A stretch of 64,000 nucleotides of DNA from Pelomyxa schiedti (Eukaryota > Protista > Evosea), in contig JAHLWZ010000476.1 in the NCBI GenBank assembly GCA_020536535.1, positions 1 to 64,000 of the forward strand, given 5' to 3'. How positions within the stretch are numbered: the first letter of the stretch is position 1; the number at the start of each line of letters is the position of its first letter. The translations under genes and the position numbers were made by a program. A model generated the notes under the pieces. It was not told the DNA's origin and did no database searches. It worked only from the letters and a program-made list of their open reading frames with translations. Below, one piece after another: positions 1 to 11,602 of this stretch.

Positions 1-741
1 GCCAAGGATGTCTTCCCGATTCTGGAAGAGCACACAGATCAGATTACCCTTATTAACAACAGCAAGAACTCTGTGAACTATTGTTTTTACGTTCCTGATC
101 TTCCAGATACCTTCACACTGGTCATGAGACCTGGAAAAGGAACTATAGGTGCACACCACAATAAAACTGTGGAGATCAAATTTATGTTGCTGTACACCAC
201 AACACTGGAGACGTTTGTGAAGCTAGTGATATCATCTTTATCCGGCGATACAATGGCGACAATATATCTCCCACTTAAACTGGTCGGCGCCCTGTCTCCA
301 AGACTTGATCCAAACGATATTGAGCTGGAGCACACTCCACTCGCCTCTGGAGCATTTGGGTACCGAAAACTTACCTCTTTCTTTTAAATGGAATTTTTTG
401 TAGGGCAGTCTTCCGAGGCACCTATCGTGGCCAAGTGGTTGCTGTTAAGGTTGTCAAACACCAGGAAGGGTTGCATGATGCCGAAAAGCAGGATTTTGTA
501 GATGAATGCAATTTAATGCATAAGTTGCACCACCAATACATCGTTGGTTTCATTGGGGCTTCTTATGTTCCTGGTATGAATAAAGTTCACCACTCAGTAT
601 TTTTCTTTAACGTTTAATTTTAGGAAAGATGTGTGTGTGCTCCGAATTAATGACACATGGCAGCTTGTCTCACTATCTGGAATCTGATGTTGATATCCCT
701 TACCTTCTGCTGTTAAAATTCTCTATGAATATTGCTGAAGC
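1..741 (+). CDS. Partial second copy of the EGF/CUB transmembrane TKL kinase gene (juxtamembrane Ig-like region and kinase N-lobe), cut by the window edge and the gap
   Basis: Near-identical to 37327..38067, introns included; encodes ASGAFG/AVFRG/VAVK kinase motifs. Confidence 0.85.
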
Positions 742-841
742 NNNNNNNNNNNNNNNNNNNNNNNNNNNNNNNNNNNNNNNNNNNNNNNNNNNNNNNNNNN
801 NNNNNNNNNNNNNNNNNNNNNNNNNNNNNNNNNNNNNNNNN
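742..841. other. Assembly gap (100 N)
   Basis: Run of exactly 100 N, a typical unknown-size scaffold gap. Confidence 0.99.
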
Positions 842-1278
842 ATAAAAATAACGGAAACCTCTCAATTGCAGACATTGCTCGCCCAAAGATATTAATGCAA
901 TGCTGTGTGTCCTGCTTGAGTGTCACCTCCCTCCTTGACATTTGTTGCTGCCGGTGGGCTCCTCCACTATGAGTACCATTATTGTATTGAGCCCCATAAG
1001 TAGTGCTGTACGTCGTGTTGAAACCCGTATTGAAGCCAGTACAACAGTTTCTGTTCATTTGTTTGCTGTTTCAAGTACTGGATATGTCCAAAAAAAGGTG
1101 TTGAAAAAGACCACCGGCACCAACTTCCCAAACTTACATCGTCCAACTTAGAAAACACAACTAGGATCCTTCCAACTTAGTCAGAAGAGAAAGGGAACCA
1201 AATCACGAAAACAGAAACCCATCAAAAACCAACTCAACACGGCAAAAACTTGCCAAGCCTACAATCAACCACAGCAGA

Positions 1279-1608
1279 ATGAGTACCTCCTACTGGAAGC
1301 CATTCGTTGCAAGGTGCCCAGCATGTCCAGGCAGGCAGGCTTTCACTTGGATTCATGCGAACTGCAATGGGACAATGTCAATCGGCAGAAACGCGCACCT
1401 TATGTGCTCCTCTGGTCACTCGCACCACATGAAAGATTGGCTTTTCAAGTGTGAGAACCATGACTACCTACCAGGCTCCCTCCAAGGCTTCCTGGATGCC
1501 ATCAGCATGGTGGGCCAAGCTGCTGGGGCTAGCTCAACCTCTTTGAGTTATGAATCACTTGCCATCAAACAGTGGGTTACAGACTGTGTTGTTGCACTCA
1601 ACAGCTAG
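1279..1608 (+). CDS. Small Cys/His-rich, probably Zn-binding protein of unknown function (109 aa, intronless)
   Basis: ATG after an A/C-rich leader; CPAC..WxHxxC..HxxC..H..WxFxCxxH pattern followed by a helical C-terminus; AT-rich 3' flank. Confidence 0.75.
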   Translation: MSTSYWKPFVARCPACPGRQAFTWIHANCNGTMSIGRNAHLMCSSGHSHHMKDWLFKCENHDYLPGSLQGFLDAISMVGQAAGASSTSLSYESLAIKQWVTDCVVALNS

Positions 1609-1890
1609 ATGATTAAAAAATATTTTCTTGTGCAAATTTATCCGGGAATGCTTTCTGGAGGCTGTGAACATGATTCTTGAAAGAAACAGGGTATCCACTC
1701 AGGTGATGGCGGACTTGTGCAAGAAGGAACGAGGGACAAAACAACAAAAAAAATGGATTCAAAAAAAACACCAAATTTCTCCAGATGTCCGGCACAATTC
1801 GGGACAGAGTGAATAAAAAAAAGGTTTCTTTGTGTTACAGGTTTCCTGGATAAGACCCAGGACTACAATTAACAGGCAACATTGCTTGAG

Positions 1891-4243
1891 CTATAAAGCT
1901 TCCTCTACATGCTGGCGCGTTTTGAATGTGTGACGTATGATGGGTCTCACATCCTCCACGGAAGATAACCGAGTCAGTAAGGGGATTAACTTCAGAAGCT
2001 CTTCATCTTCATTGGAGCCTTCAAAACTCTCAATGGGAATGCCGTTGTCAACCTGCGAGGGTGGTCAACTTAACCATTTTTTGAGTTTGGCAACAAACCT
2101 GATAACCAAAAACATGTGTGTTGTTGTCAATGATGAGAACTTGGGAAAGATCCCGACCAAGAATAGTGAGATCTTTCACATAGTTTCCCTCAACAAGGAC
2201 ACAACCTTCCCGGAATATTCTGTGTCTGTAGCTTTAAGTTAATAACGGTTTTAATATTGTCCTCCCATCCCCTCCCTGGATGTATATTTCTGTGGAAAGA
2301 CACGCACGAGAAATATATTCCTCTAGGATCAATTCCATCAAGGAGGGCAGTTGCATATTCAGCCTGTGAAGCAGTGAAAACAACAAGCTCATACAGGGCT
2401 GAAACTGCAACTAAGAACTCCTCCAAGTGTGGTCGCTTATTGCCATACATGTGACCACATCCAGGCACGTCAAACGACAAGTCTGCGTGCGGAATGGGCT
2501 CCATTGTGCAGTGGGCTAGAGTTTCATCTAGATCGAGTGCAAGGGTGGTACGTTTAGTTGCGGGTGGTGGGAGAATAACTGGTCTTGGTGGGAGAGAGGA
2601 GTGTGGGGGAAGGTGCTTAATAAAGGCAAATGCGTCGAACCGTGGGGTGAAGGTTGCAAGAGCTAAGGCAGAAAGGGAGTTGTTATCAGGGTACGCTGAA
2701 GCAGAGCACTCAGCAGTACCATCTTCAACATGTTCTAAAGGAGCAACATAGGAACGCGCTATTGCGTCTTTTGTCACGTCATCCAAGTTTGGGGTAATAG
2801 GGGAAAATCCACTATCATCTCCAACAGGACAACCTCCTTCGCAAACACATTCACTAGTGCCATTATCGTCCAGGTAAAAGACACAAGAATCAGTATCAGC
2901 TTCACAATCCACCTCTGTGACTGGTTTTCCAGTAAAATCATCCACAGGGGCATCATAAGTATGGGAGTATTTGCTTTCAGAAGGCTCGATTTCAGTACCC
3001 ACAATGGGGATATTAACTGGTGTACACTCACTGCCAGAAATAACGGTGCAACTGTCACAGCCCAGAGGTGTGGCAGGTGCCTCTATCTCAGCAGGGGGAG
3101 TTACATATGCCTCACTAACTTCAGAAGCACCATCGCTTTCGCTTGAGTGCAGCATCGTTAGGTTTGAGAAACCAGTTGATTCATCATCTGTGAAATGATG
3201 TACTGCTTCCACATGGTGAGAATTGGTGTGTTTGTTTGTAGTGACGGGGTTGTACTCACTTTGAGAAAAATTGGACTTGGGCATGTGCGCCTCAAGGTCA
3301 ACCCCAGTACCTACAATATCCACACCATTTACTCTCGTAGACGTCGTGCCTTCTAATACAATTGTACTCTCAACTTCAGGTGAAGCCCCACAAATACTGG
3401 GTTGAGATTCAGGTGTTCCCTGAACGGTGCTTTCAGGATCTTCCAGGTCACAGGGGGTATTGAGGTCGAAGCTACTGGGATCTGAACTGTCAGCCAAGCT
3501 ATCTGGATCAAGGATCAAAGAGCCAGGCTCACATTGTTCAGAGTCGTTTGTAGAAGTAACCTCAATTTCATTGGGAAGCTCTTCTGGGGTAAAAAAAACT
3601 TAATTTTCGGCCAGTTTAAGTCTCGCAAACCTGTAAGTAACTGAGGAGTTCCAGGGGTACTATCTCTATCCACTTCAGAAGTAAAGGCTAAGTGTCGGGT
3701 ACGCTTTCTACGCGGCTCCAGCGGCCCCTTTTCCGTAACCGGTGTGGATCTATTCCCGAGCTTCTGTCTCCACTCCCACACTTCCTCTACTTGAACCACA
3801 ACCTCCTCCACAACTACAAGGTCCAATTCCTCCACTCCGCTGCAGCATCCCTCGTAAGCCAACAGGTCTTCGCCGATACAACACAGGTCAATGTCGGGCG
3901 CGATGTCGTCTTGAGGTTCGGGGTTCCGCTTTCTGGGCAGAAAGTGAGCGCCGTTGTGTCCTGTTCGTGCTCCGCTGCCGGGATTCTTCGGGCGTTTGTG
4001 TGAGTGCCGTCGCCTGTGGTGCGGCTTGCCGGAATTGCGCGACTGAGATCTGAGGTGTTTCGTTGTCGTGGGTGGTGGTGGCGGTGTGAAAAAGAGTGTG
4101 GAGGAGTTGTGTCCGCTGACGTGGTTGGTTGTGAATACGAGTTTGTTCATGCGTGAATTGGAAGATGATGGTGTGGGGGATTCGGTTTCCGTGTCGTTGT
4201 CGCTGTCGTCATTTCGGTGTCGGATCTCGGCGGTGGAGAGCAT
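1891..4243 (-). CDS. CTD small phosphatase-like protein (FCP1/SCP, NIF domain, CTDSPL2-like) with a long disordered N-terminus; multi-exon
   Basis: [14 protein letters not shown] motif [45 protein letters not shown]. Confidence 0.9.
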
Positions 4244-4527
4244 TAAACAAACAATATTTATTTGTTTGTTATGCCTTTCCTTTGTATTTTTTCGCACAGG
4301 TTCTATTTTGTTATTCTTTTCGCAAACGCGAACGGCAGAGGAATTGGGTGCACGTTTCTTGTATGAAATTGTGTTGTACTGAGAAATACAATCAACTTCC
4401 AGAAGCATTGAATGAATTTCATTGACAATACGCGGAGGTGTTGATTCTGAAGGAGGGAAAAAGACTAGAACACGAAGCAAATATTTGTAATGGCATTAAA
4501 GTAAATACAATGACTAGTCTGCGCTGT

Positions 4528-6093
4528 TCAACTCTTGAAGCCGAAAATATACAAGGCCGAGCCATGTTTTACCTGGGTAATTGTGTAAGAGTGTTTGGAG
4601 TGTTGTTGGACTGTTACCTTGTCACCTGCATAGGCCAAGAGTAATTGCTTTGGACTCCATGCAAGTGAATTGATGGGAGCAACTTCAGTGGGTATTTTGT
4701 GCACAGTGAAACCACTCTCGACATGTGACTAAGTGGTGTAAGAAGTCATAAGGTAACACTTATGGGGTATACTATATCTATGTATTCGTCCTCTGATCCA
4801 GAAGCTATGAATTGGCCATCGTGACTAAATCCTAGCGTTCTCACTGGACAAGTGAGGCCAGGGAAAGTACGCACACAAGCCCACTCCGAGAGTTCCCACA
4901 GACTGACAAGTGCATCTGCACTGCCCACAGCAAAATATCTGTTGCAGCCCAAGTGATCAGGGGAAAGTAAATCGCGTCAAGAATGTGTACTTTTCCTGGG
5001 GATCGAAGCGGATAGCGTAATTCACACCAGTGTGTGCTGGAATAGTTCGGTGATGGACAAATTCCGGAAATCTGACAATTTCGATTGTGTTGAGGGAGGT
5101 TGTGAGGAAAAATAGATCGCCGCGAGGGTGCCATGCCATTTCATTCACCTTTTCGACGGTTTGTTTAATTAACAAGCAAGACTTACGGTACCTGAAAGTT
5201 GAATTCGAAAGTTTTCATTGGTTTCCAAGTCTTCACATCCAAAATTGTGATAACGTCATTCTACAATGTTGGTTGATGGGGGTTTTGAGAGTCTTCATTA
5301 ATATAGGCATTTATTGGAGTATAAAAGTGTACTGTACACTTCAATCATTGGACCTTATTTCCAACAGCAATGAATTTTCCATCAGGACTCCAGGTAATAT
5401 TGATGTTCTCACCAGCAGTGTCAATAGTGTTGCAACACTTGCCCGCTTGAAATTTCTTTAGAACTTAACAAAGTTATTCCCTCCCACTGATGCATACATC
5501 TAGCATCCCATATCCTAACAGTCCTGTCTTCTGAAGCTGTGGCCAATATATCTTGATTTAGTGGATCCCAGCACAACTGCTCCACAGAGGCTGTATGTCC
5601 TCGAAATTCGATATCTTTACCTTGCTGTAGAAACTCTCAGTGAACAAGAATATAGGCCGAAAAAAAATTTAAAAATATAAATAAAATAAAACAAAAACCA
5701 AACAAACAAGAAGGGGAGAAAGAAAGGGGAAGGAAAAAAAAAAAAAAAGTGTGGGAATGCAACATGATGTGGGTCAATTTGAAAGACCCTGGCCGTTGTA
5801 TCCACGCTCCCAGAGGCAAGTTTTTTGCCAGTGCAATTCCAGGCCACCGAGTGCACCTTCTGCGAATGGCTGTCGTACCCCTTGGACAACAGCACCGAGA
5901 ACGTCTTGGTGCTCTCCTCCGGCGTCATTATGGGTGTAGCAGCAACTGCCGGCGACGCAGCGCCGCCCCCGCCGGGCGACATCAGCCCCGACGCCGCCGA
6001 CGACAACGTCGTACTCGTAGTCGATGTAGTGGACACACCACCGATCACCCCCGTGGGCTTGGGACTCCCGCTGGACGCACGAATGGAGTCCAT
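4528..6093 (-). CDS. THOC3: THO complex subunit 3 (TEX1), WD40 protein; multi-exon
   Basis: HSQKVHSVAWNCTGKKLASGSVD, VNEMAWHP, RYFAVGSADALVSLW, TLGFSHDGQFIASGSED. Confidence 0.9.
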
Positions 6094-6242
6094 GATATTT
6101 TCCTATTGTTGTTGCCGCAGATTTGATGTCCTCTGTGCCAGAATCCTTCCCTGTCCCCGGCCGCAGGCGTGCGTGGGTCCGGTAATAGGAGGAATCCTCC
6201 TTATCAGGCCCTGAGGGGCACGTCTTCCAGGTCTGGGGAAAA

Positions 6243-7756
6243 ATGGCTGCCGCACCGCCCGTCGAACCGTTGCTATCTTCGCCTTCCTCGAGCGCGGATG
6301 CTTCCAGCAGCGCCACCGCCCTGCGTAGCGTCGGGGCAGCCGCGGCGTCGTTCATGAACCCGTTTGGGCGGGTGCTCGCCTCGGCCCTCGCCGCCGCGTC
6401 TGCCGGCCGTGGCGTCTTGCTTGCGGGCGTTGGCGGGGGCTACGACGTATTCGCGGGCCTGCCTCTCTACTTCGAGCTGGCAAGCTTCATCCCCCACCAC
6501 AGTACGTAGAAGTCCGGAATGTGATTTCATCCCATCCAACTTACTGATGTGTGTGGTTAAGAGCTGCACCTGAGCAACTTCAGCTTCACAAGCGGGCTGA
6601 ACTTGCGGCCGGGACGTCAGGTGACCGAGGACTGCTTGGAAGTGCGCTACTGCGACCCTGTGCAATCTGCTCACGACCTCGAGTACCACCCCTCGCGGGG
6701 GCACCCTGCCAATTACTTCCCAGAGTACCATTTGTCAAAGTGGTTCCACACTGCTCACAACATTGACAAGCCAGTGTAAGCAGTTGCTTTTCTGCATGAT
6801 CCCAACCGAGTCGAATTGACTCAAATTCTCGCTTATTGAAAATACTCACACTTGTAGGTACACTCTTGCAATAACTTCTACTCAGAAAGTAGCTGCAGCT
6901 TATCGGCAGTACGATGTTCTGCTTTCTTCCACTACTATTTACTCTAGTTAGGATTATAGCTGAAAATAACATTGGTGTTGCAATCCTTATTGATGCCGGG
7001 GTTGATAGCATCTTTCGCGGAGATGAAGAATACATGGGAACTTATCAAGAGGATGTAATAACAGTAGCAGCTTTTTCTATGATAGACAACGTGGAGAAGT
7101 ACATCACACTAACCTCTCTGTTTCCAATAACCTTCTGTTAGATATCTAGTTTGTTCTATACTGGGAAGTGGTGTGTCACCAATGAGGGGAAAAAAAATAT
7201 TAAAAGTAAACAGAAGGAGGAGTTGGTGAATACCACTTTTTAGAAAATGTGGCTGCCATTCAAAAGATGGGAGGTTTCTTTGGTAGCACATCTATCACAC
7301 GAGACATGCCGTCTGTAAAGGTTTCTCCTTGGAAAACTTTTTTGATAACCTTCTGATCATTAAAAAGCAATACGAAGATGCTGTAATGAACTGTATCCCC
7401 ACTAACACAACAATCAATGTTCAACTCATATCCGCACTGCACGGGGAATATGGCCATTTCCTTCACCCAGGTACCATTATTTTCCTACTAATCCTTTACC
7501 TGAGTGTACCATAGAAATTGCTTCCAGATGCTCCAAATCCGATCTGTATATAACCCCACTAATGACAATCTACTGGCTCTTTGATCTGACCACTGTTGTA
7601 AAATACCGGCTATTCATTGAGGAAGTTTGTAACGCCAGAGGTCTAAACGACGTAACTACGATATTTTGCAAGGGAAGATTAGCCATTGGTCTTGTTGAGC
7701 CCTACTCCAGTGATTTCACAGGGAAGCGCCTCTATAATTCCATGTTCACTTTTTGA
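6243..7756 (+). CDS. DUF1152-family protein (prokaryote-type); multi-exon
   Basis: VLLAGVGGGYDVFAGLPLY, LSNFSF, LIDAGVDSIFRGDEEYMGTYQED, ALHGEYGHF, INPLMTIYWLFDL match the family's characteristic motifs (recalled, not searched). Confidence 0.8.
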
Positions 7757-7932
7757 AAGAATGCACAGTACAGGTGGATAAGCCACACTACCTTCCAATA
7801 AAAAAAGGAATTCCATCAACTTTTTCTTTTGCCTGAAGTTAGAGCAACAGGAGAAACAACAACCACTTTTAAGGTGGAAAAAGACTTTACAAGATGTTGT
7901 TTCCTTGTGGTGTGTTTGGTTCTGTGACAGCT

Positions 7933-8529
7933 TCAAGTTTTGTCCTTTGGGGTTGGCAGGGTGGCATTTGCAGCAAGAAACTTCCTTATACGAACAAGCA
8001 TGTCTGCTTTCACTGATGCAGGAACAGTGGCTTGCAGAAAATGATGTTTAGCAAAGGGAATATTCATTGACTTTTCTATGTACCTTTGCCATGTGGAGAA
8101 ACCTGTGAAACAAGCCACTCAAGAGAAATGTTGTCTGACCCTTTCTGCTCAATCTGGGCTTTTTCAATCAGATTATTTTTTCACACAACCAGGCAATGAT
8201 GGGAGTGCACACTTTTGCAGTAGGCCCTCATGTCGTCTCGCCAGCCGCACTCGGTCAATTTCGCCCTGAGAATCTCCTTCAACCTAAGGTTGGAGAGTGC
8301 CAATGGTCAGTTCAGGTCAATGCCGCCCCCACCACAAGTGCAATGGGAGGGCAAGTTGCACAAAAGTGCCGTGGTCGCGGCATTTGTTGGTGTAGCCACA
8401 GCAAGGATAGAAACAGGACTCATTCTACTACCTATCCTTTTCACCCGACTCCACGAACTTCAGAGTGACAGGGCCCCGCATCGCCGCCGCAATTTGCTTG
8501 GCGTCGCGCCTCTGGCTGCCTCCCGACAT
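7933..8529 (-). CDS. ENY2: ENY2/Sus1 (SAGA/TREX-2 subunit); multi-exon, not visible as a single ORF
   Basis: Spliced reading [10 protein letters not shown]|[23 protein letters not shown]...[19 protein letters not shown]. Confidence 0.9.
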
Positions 8530-8729
8530 CGGTCTTTAATTAAGGGTAATCGGAACTTTTCTCCAGGAATTGATGGTTTCGTCGACTGGTCATTCCGAGG
8601 ATACAAGCTGTGCATGTGATGTTTAGGAAGAAGACATGGAGTGTCGGGGGAGGTGGGGTGACTGAGCTTGAGGCGGGGCAGACACGCTAAAAATAGAACG
8701 TGCAGCGCTGTGAGAAAATCCATCAATAA

Positions 8730-11453
8730 ATGTCGGCCAAGGCGGCGAAATGGGCGACGTGTGCGGCGGTCGTTGCGATCTTTGCTGTTTTCGTGGCGGG
8801 ATCTGGCGTGGTGGTAGTTGATCTGGGTTATGATTCCGTAAAAGCGACGTCGCTGGTTACCCAGAGTGTCACCTCCTTCCACGGTAAATTTGTACCGCCG
8901 TAGACACTGTTGTTTAACCTCTGTTCTACTTTTTTTTTTGTGCAGATGTTATTACGAGTGAGACAGGGAAACGGAAAATCCCTCCGTTGGTGGGACACAC
9001 AACTAGCGGCGAAAGGGTTGCTGGAGACACAGCCCTTCATCTGGTATGAACAGAACTTCCTTCTCGTTTTAAGCCTAACCACATGCCATCCACCACTCCC
9101 GTAGCAAGAGAGGAATCCCGGCCGTGTGTGGCGTGTGTGGTCTGGCATGGTAGGAATGCAAACACTCGAGTGCCTGTCGCAGCCATCACCTTGGAGGTGG
9201 AAGACAGCTGGAGTCGTTACAGACTCGAGAGGTTTGGCGGCATTCGACGGCTCTTTCTTGGGCGGAAGCGATAGTGTGATTTTGGTAGAAGAAGTCATGG
9301 CGTCGCTTGTAAACCATGTTGGTGACTTGACTGAGGCACAAAGACAGTTTCCAAGTATCGATAACTGTTACGTAATCGTATGCATACAAACTAGAACGTA
9401 AACTTCCTAACGCGATCACGCGCACAAAGGTTCCGCCCTTCCTTTCAGAAACGCAAGAAGCAGTCTTACATCAAGCGATTTCTCTGTCGAAATGCAACTC
9501 TTTCACACTGATCCCAGAATGGGTTGCTGGTATTCCAACTGAGGGGCACTAATGCATTAACTCATCTTTACCTAAGCCTCTCTTTCGTATGCTATTGCTC
9601 AACAGCCAACCACAACAACTACGGTGGCTTTTGTGGACTCTGGTGCATTTTCCACAAGAATTTACATTGTTGAGTACAGTCCCGGTAGAAATGTGAGCAT
9701 TGCTATTCTTTTCCCACTTCTGTCTAGGTGCGCAGCCAAAAATACTAAGCCAGGAATGGGATCTCACGGTTTCAGGATATGAATTTGATCAGTGTGTCAC
9801 CAAGGTTGCCTTCAGGGAGCACCCACATCCAGTAAATGAGGAGCAATTGGTGAAACTTGAATATGCTGCCACAAAAACAAAAGAAGCACTCAGTGTGTCC
9901 ACTGATGCTGAGGTATTTTGCGTTTTTGTAAACACACAATAACCGTTTTCACCAAGATGGAACTTCCATCAGATGATATCGTTCATATTAAAAGAGACGA
10001 CTTTGAGCAAGAGTGCGCTCATGTATTTAGTTCTGCAAGCAATCTTGTTGCAAAGGCATTACACCCTTTGAAACAGAAGGTTGTTATTACCTCCTGAAAG
10101 ACTCCAATTCAGGGAATTAATGGCATTTACAGGTAGACTTTGTGGAACTTATTGGGGGAACATCGCGGGTACCAAAATTACGCGAAACACTATTCCAGGC
10201 ATTCTCAGGGTTTTCCTGCCTTGAAATTCTTCTTGGTCTAATGCCCACCTGTACAGAGCCCCACTTGGAGCACACTTAAACGCTGACGAAGCCTTAGTGC
10301 AGGGTATAAACACATCTTACTTATTGAAATTTTTTGATATTTCAAGGGGGAGCCATTTATGCTGCAATGGCGCAGCCTAACTTTTCAATGAGAACTATGG
10401 TAACTGTACTCCCTGAAGTCATTTCGGCACCAAAAGCAGATGTGGCAAAGCCAATTAATCTTGCTGATGATAAAGTTGTGGAAATTAAGAAGAGAATGCA
10501 GTCCTTGGCTGATGCCAAGAAAACACGAGTGGATAAAGAAGCTCTAGCGAATGAGTTTGAGTCACTTGTAGGTGGCTTTTCCTTCAAAAACAACTCTAAA
10601 CGCTCACTGGTGCGAAGATCTATCATTGGAAACATCTATTGCATCAAGAAAATGTAGTCCTATGGACTACCCCCATGGAAAGGCGAGCTGGACTTGACCA
10701 CGTTTTGAGGTACACTGTTTATTGTTGATCTATTGTAATGAAAAATTAGCCAAGAAGATTGGCTTTCAACCAGAGGTGAGGATGCCTCCTCTTTAGAATT
10801 TAAAGACCGCCTGAGCCAGTTGAAACAAGCAGGTTTTTGCTTTCAATTTTCCTCTAATGTAACTTCCAAGTCAGTCGTTGCTATCAATGAGCATTACACG
10901 CAATACAGCAGTCTGGAATCTGTTGTTGGGGATGCTACTCTTTTTGCCAGCAAGTGTCAAGATAATATGTTGAAGTTCCCTCAAGCGCAACGCGGCTCCA
11001 TACAATCTTCTCTGACAAACCTCCTGACTTCAGCGGAGGTAGGCAGAAGCATTCTACTTTCTCCGGCAACATCATGGGATCTGGTTGCTAGTACGTCTGT
11101 GGAAATTCACGAAAAGATCACCACACTGCAAGCTTTGATTGACTCTTTGGATTCAACCAAGTACCACATATATTTCCTACAATATTCACCAACCTAAACC
11201 ACAACCAAGGGCTGCCAAGTCACCGACTGCGGAACATGTTGGGCCCACCCCCAAGCCCACAGCAAAGAGCCGTAAGATAGACAACAAGTCCTCTGGCAGC
11301 GTAATACCAATGGCCTTGGCACTCCTTGTCAGTCTTGTTACTGTGTTTATTGGGCTCAATTTACTTATGCGAACCCTCAAGACCAGACTGGGAGGTCGAC
11401 CTCTTCTTCTGTTTGGTGACACAAAATATGGACAGAAAAAGAGAAGGCACTAA
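8730..11453 (+). CDS. ER Hsp70-superfamily protein (GRP170/HYOU1/Lhs1-like) with signal peptide and C-terminal TM helix; multi-exon
   Basis: MSAKAAKWATCAAVVAIFAVFVAGS signal peptide, VVDLGYDSVKA, SETGKRKIP, KTKEALSV, VELIGGTSRVPKL, HLNADEA, NEFES, EDWL..GED; C-terminal hydrophobic ALALLVSLVTVFIGLNLLM. Confidence 0.85.
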
Positions 11454-11602
11454 CTAAATTTTTGCACAATTCTTCATCTTTGCGAGAAGAAGTCACATTA
11501 TTCCCAATCAAATAAATTCTATCATTGGGTGTGTTGCTGCAAGCAGAAGAGTTTTGCACTGACCAGGGCAAGATGGGATTCTGATGGAAAAGGCTTGCAC
11601 TG

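Noticed and set aside
4528-8529. THOC3 and ENY2 (both mRNA export) within 2 kb of each other
   Set aside because: Separated by an unrelated gene; chance adjacency is likely in a compact genome
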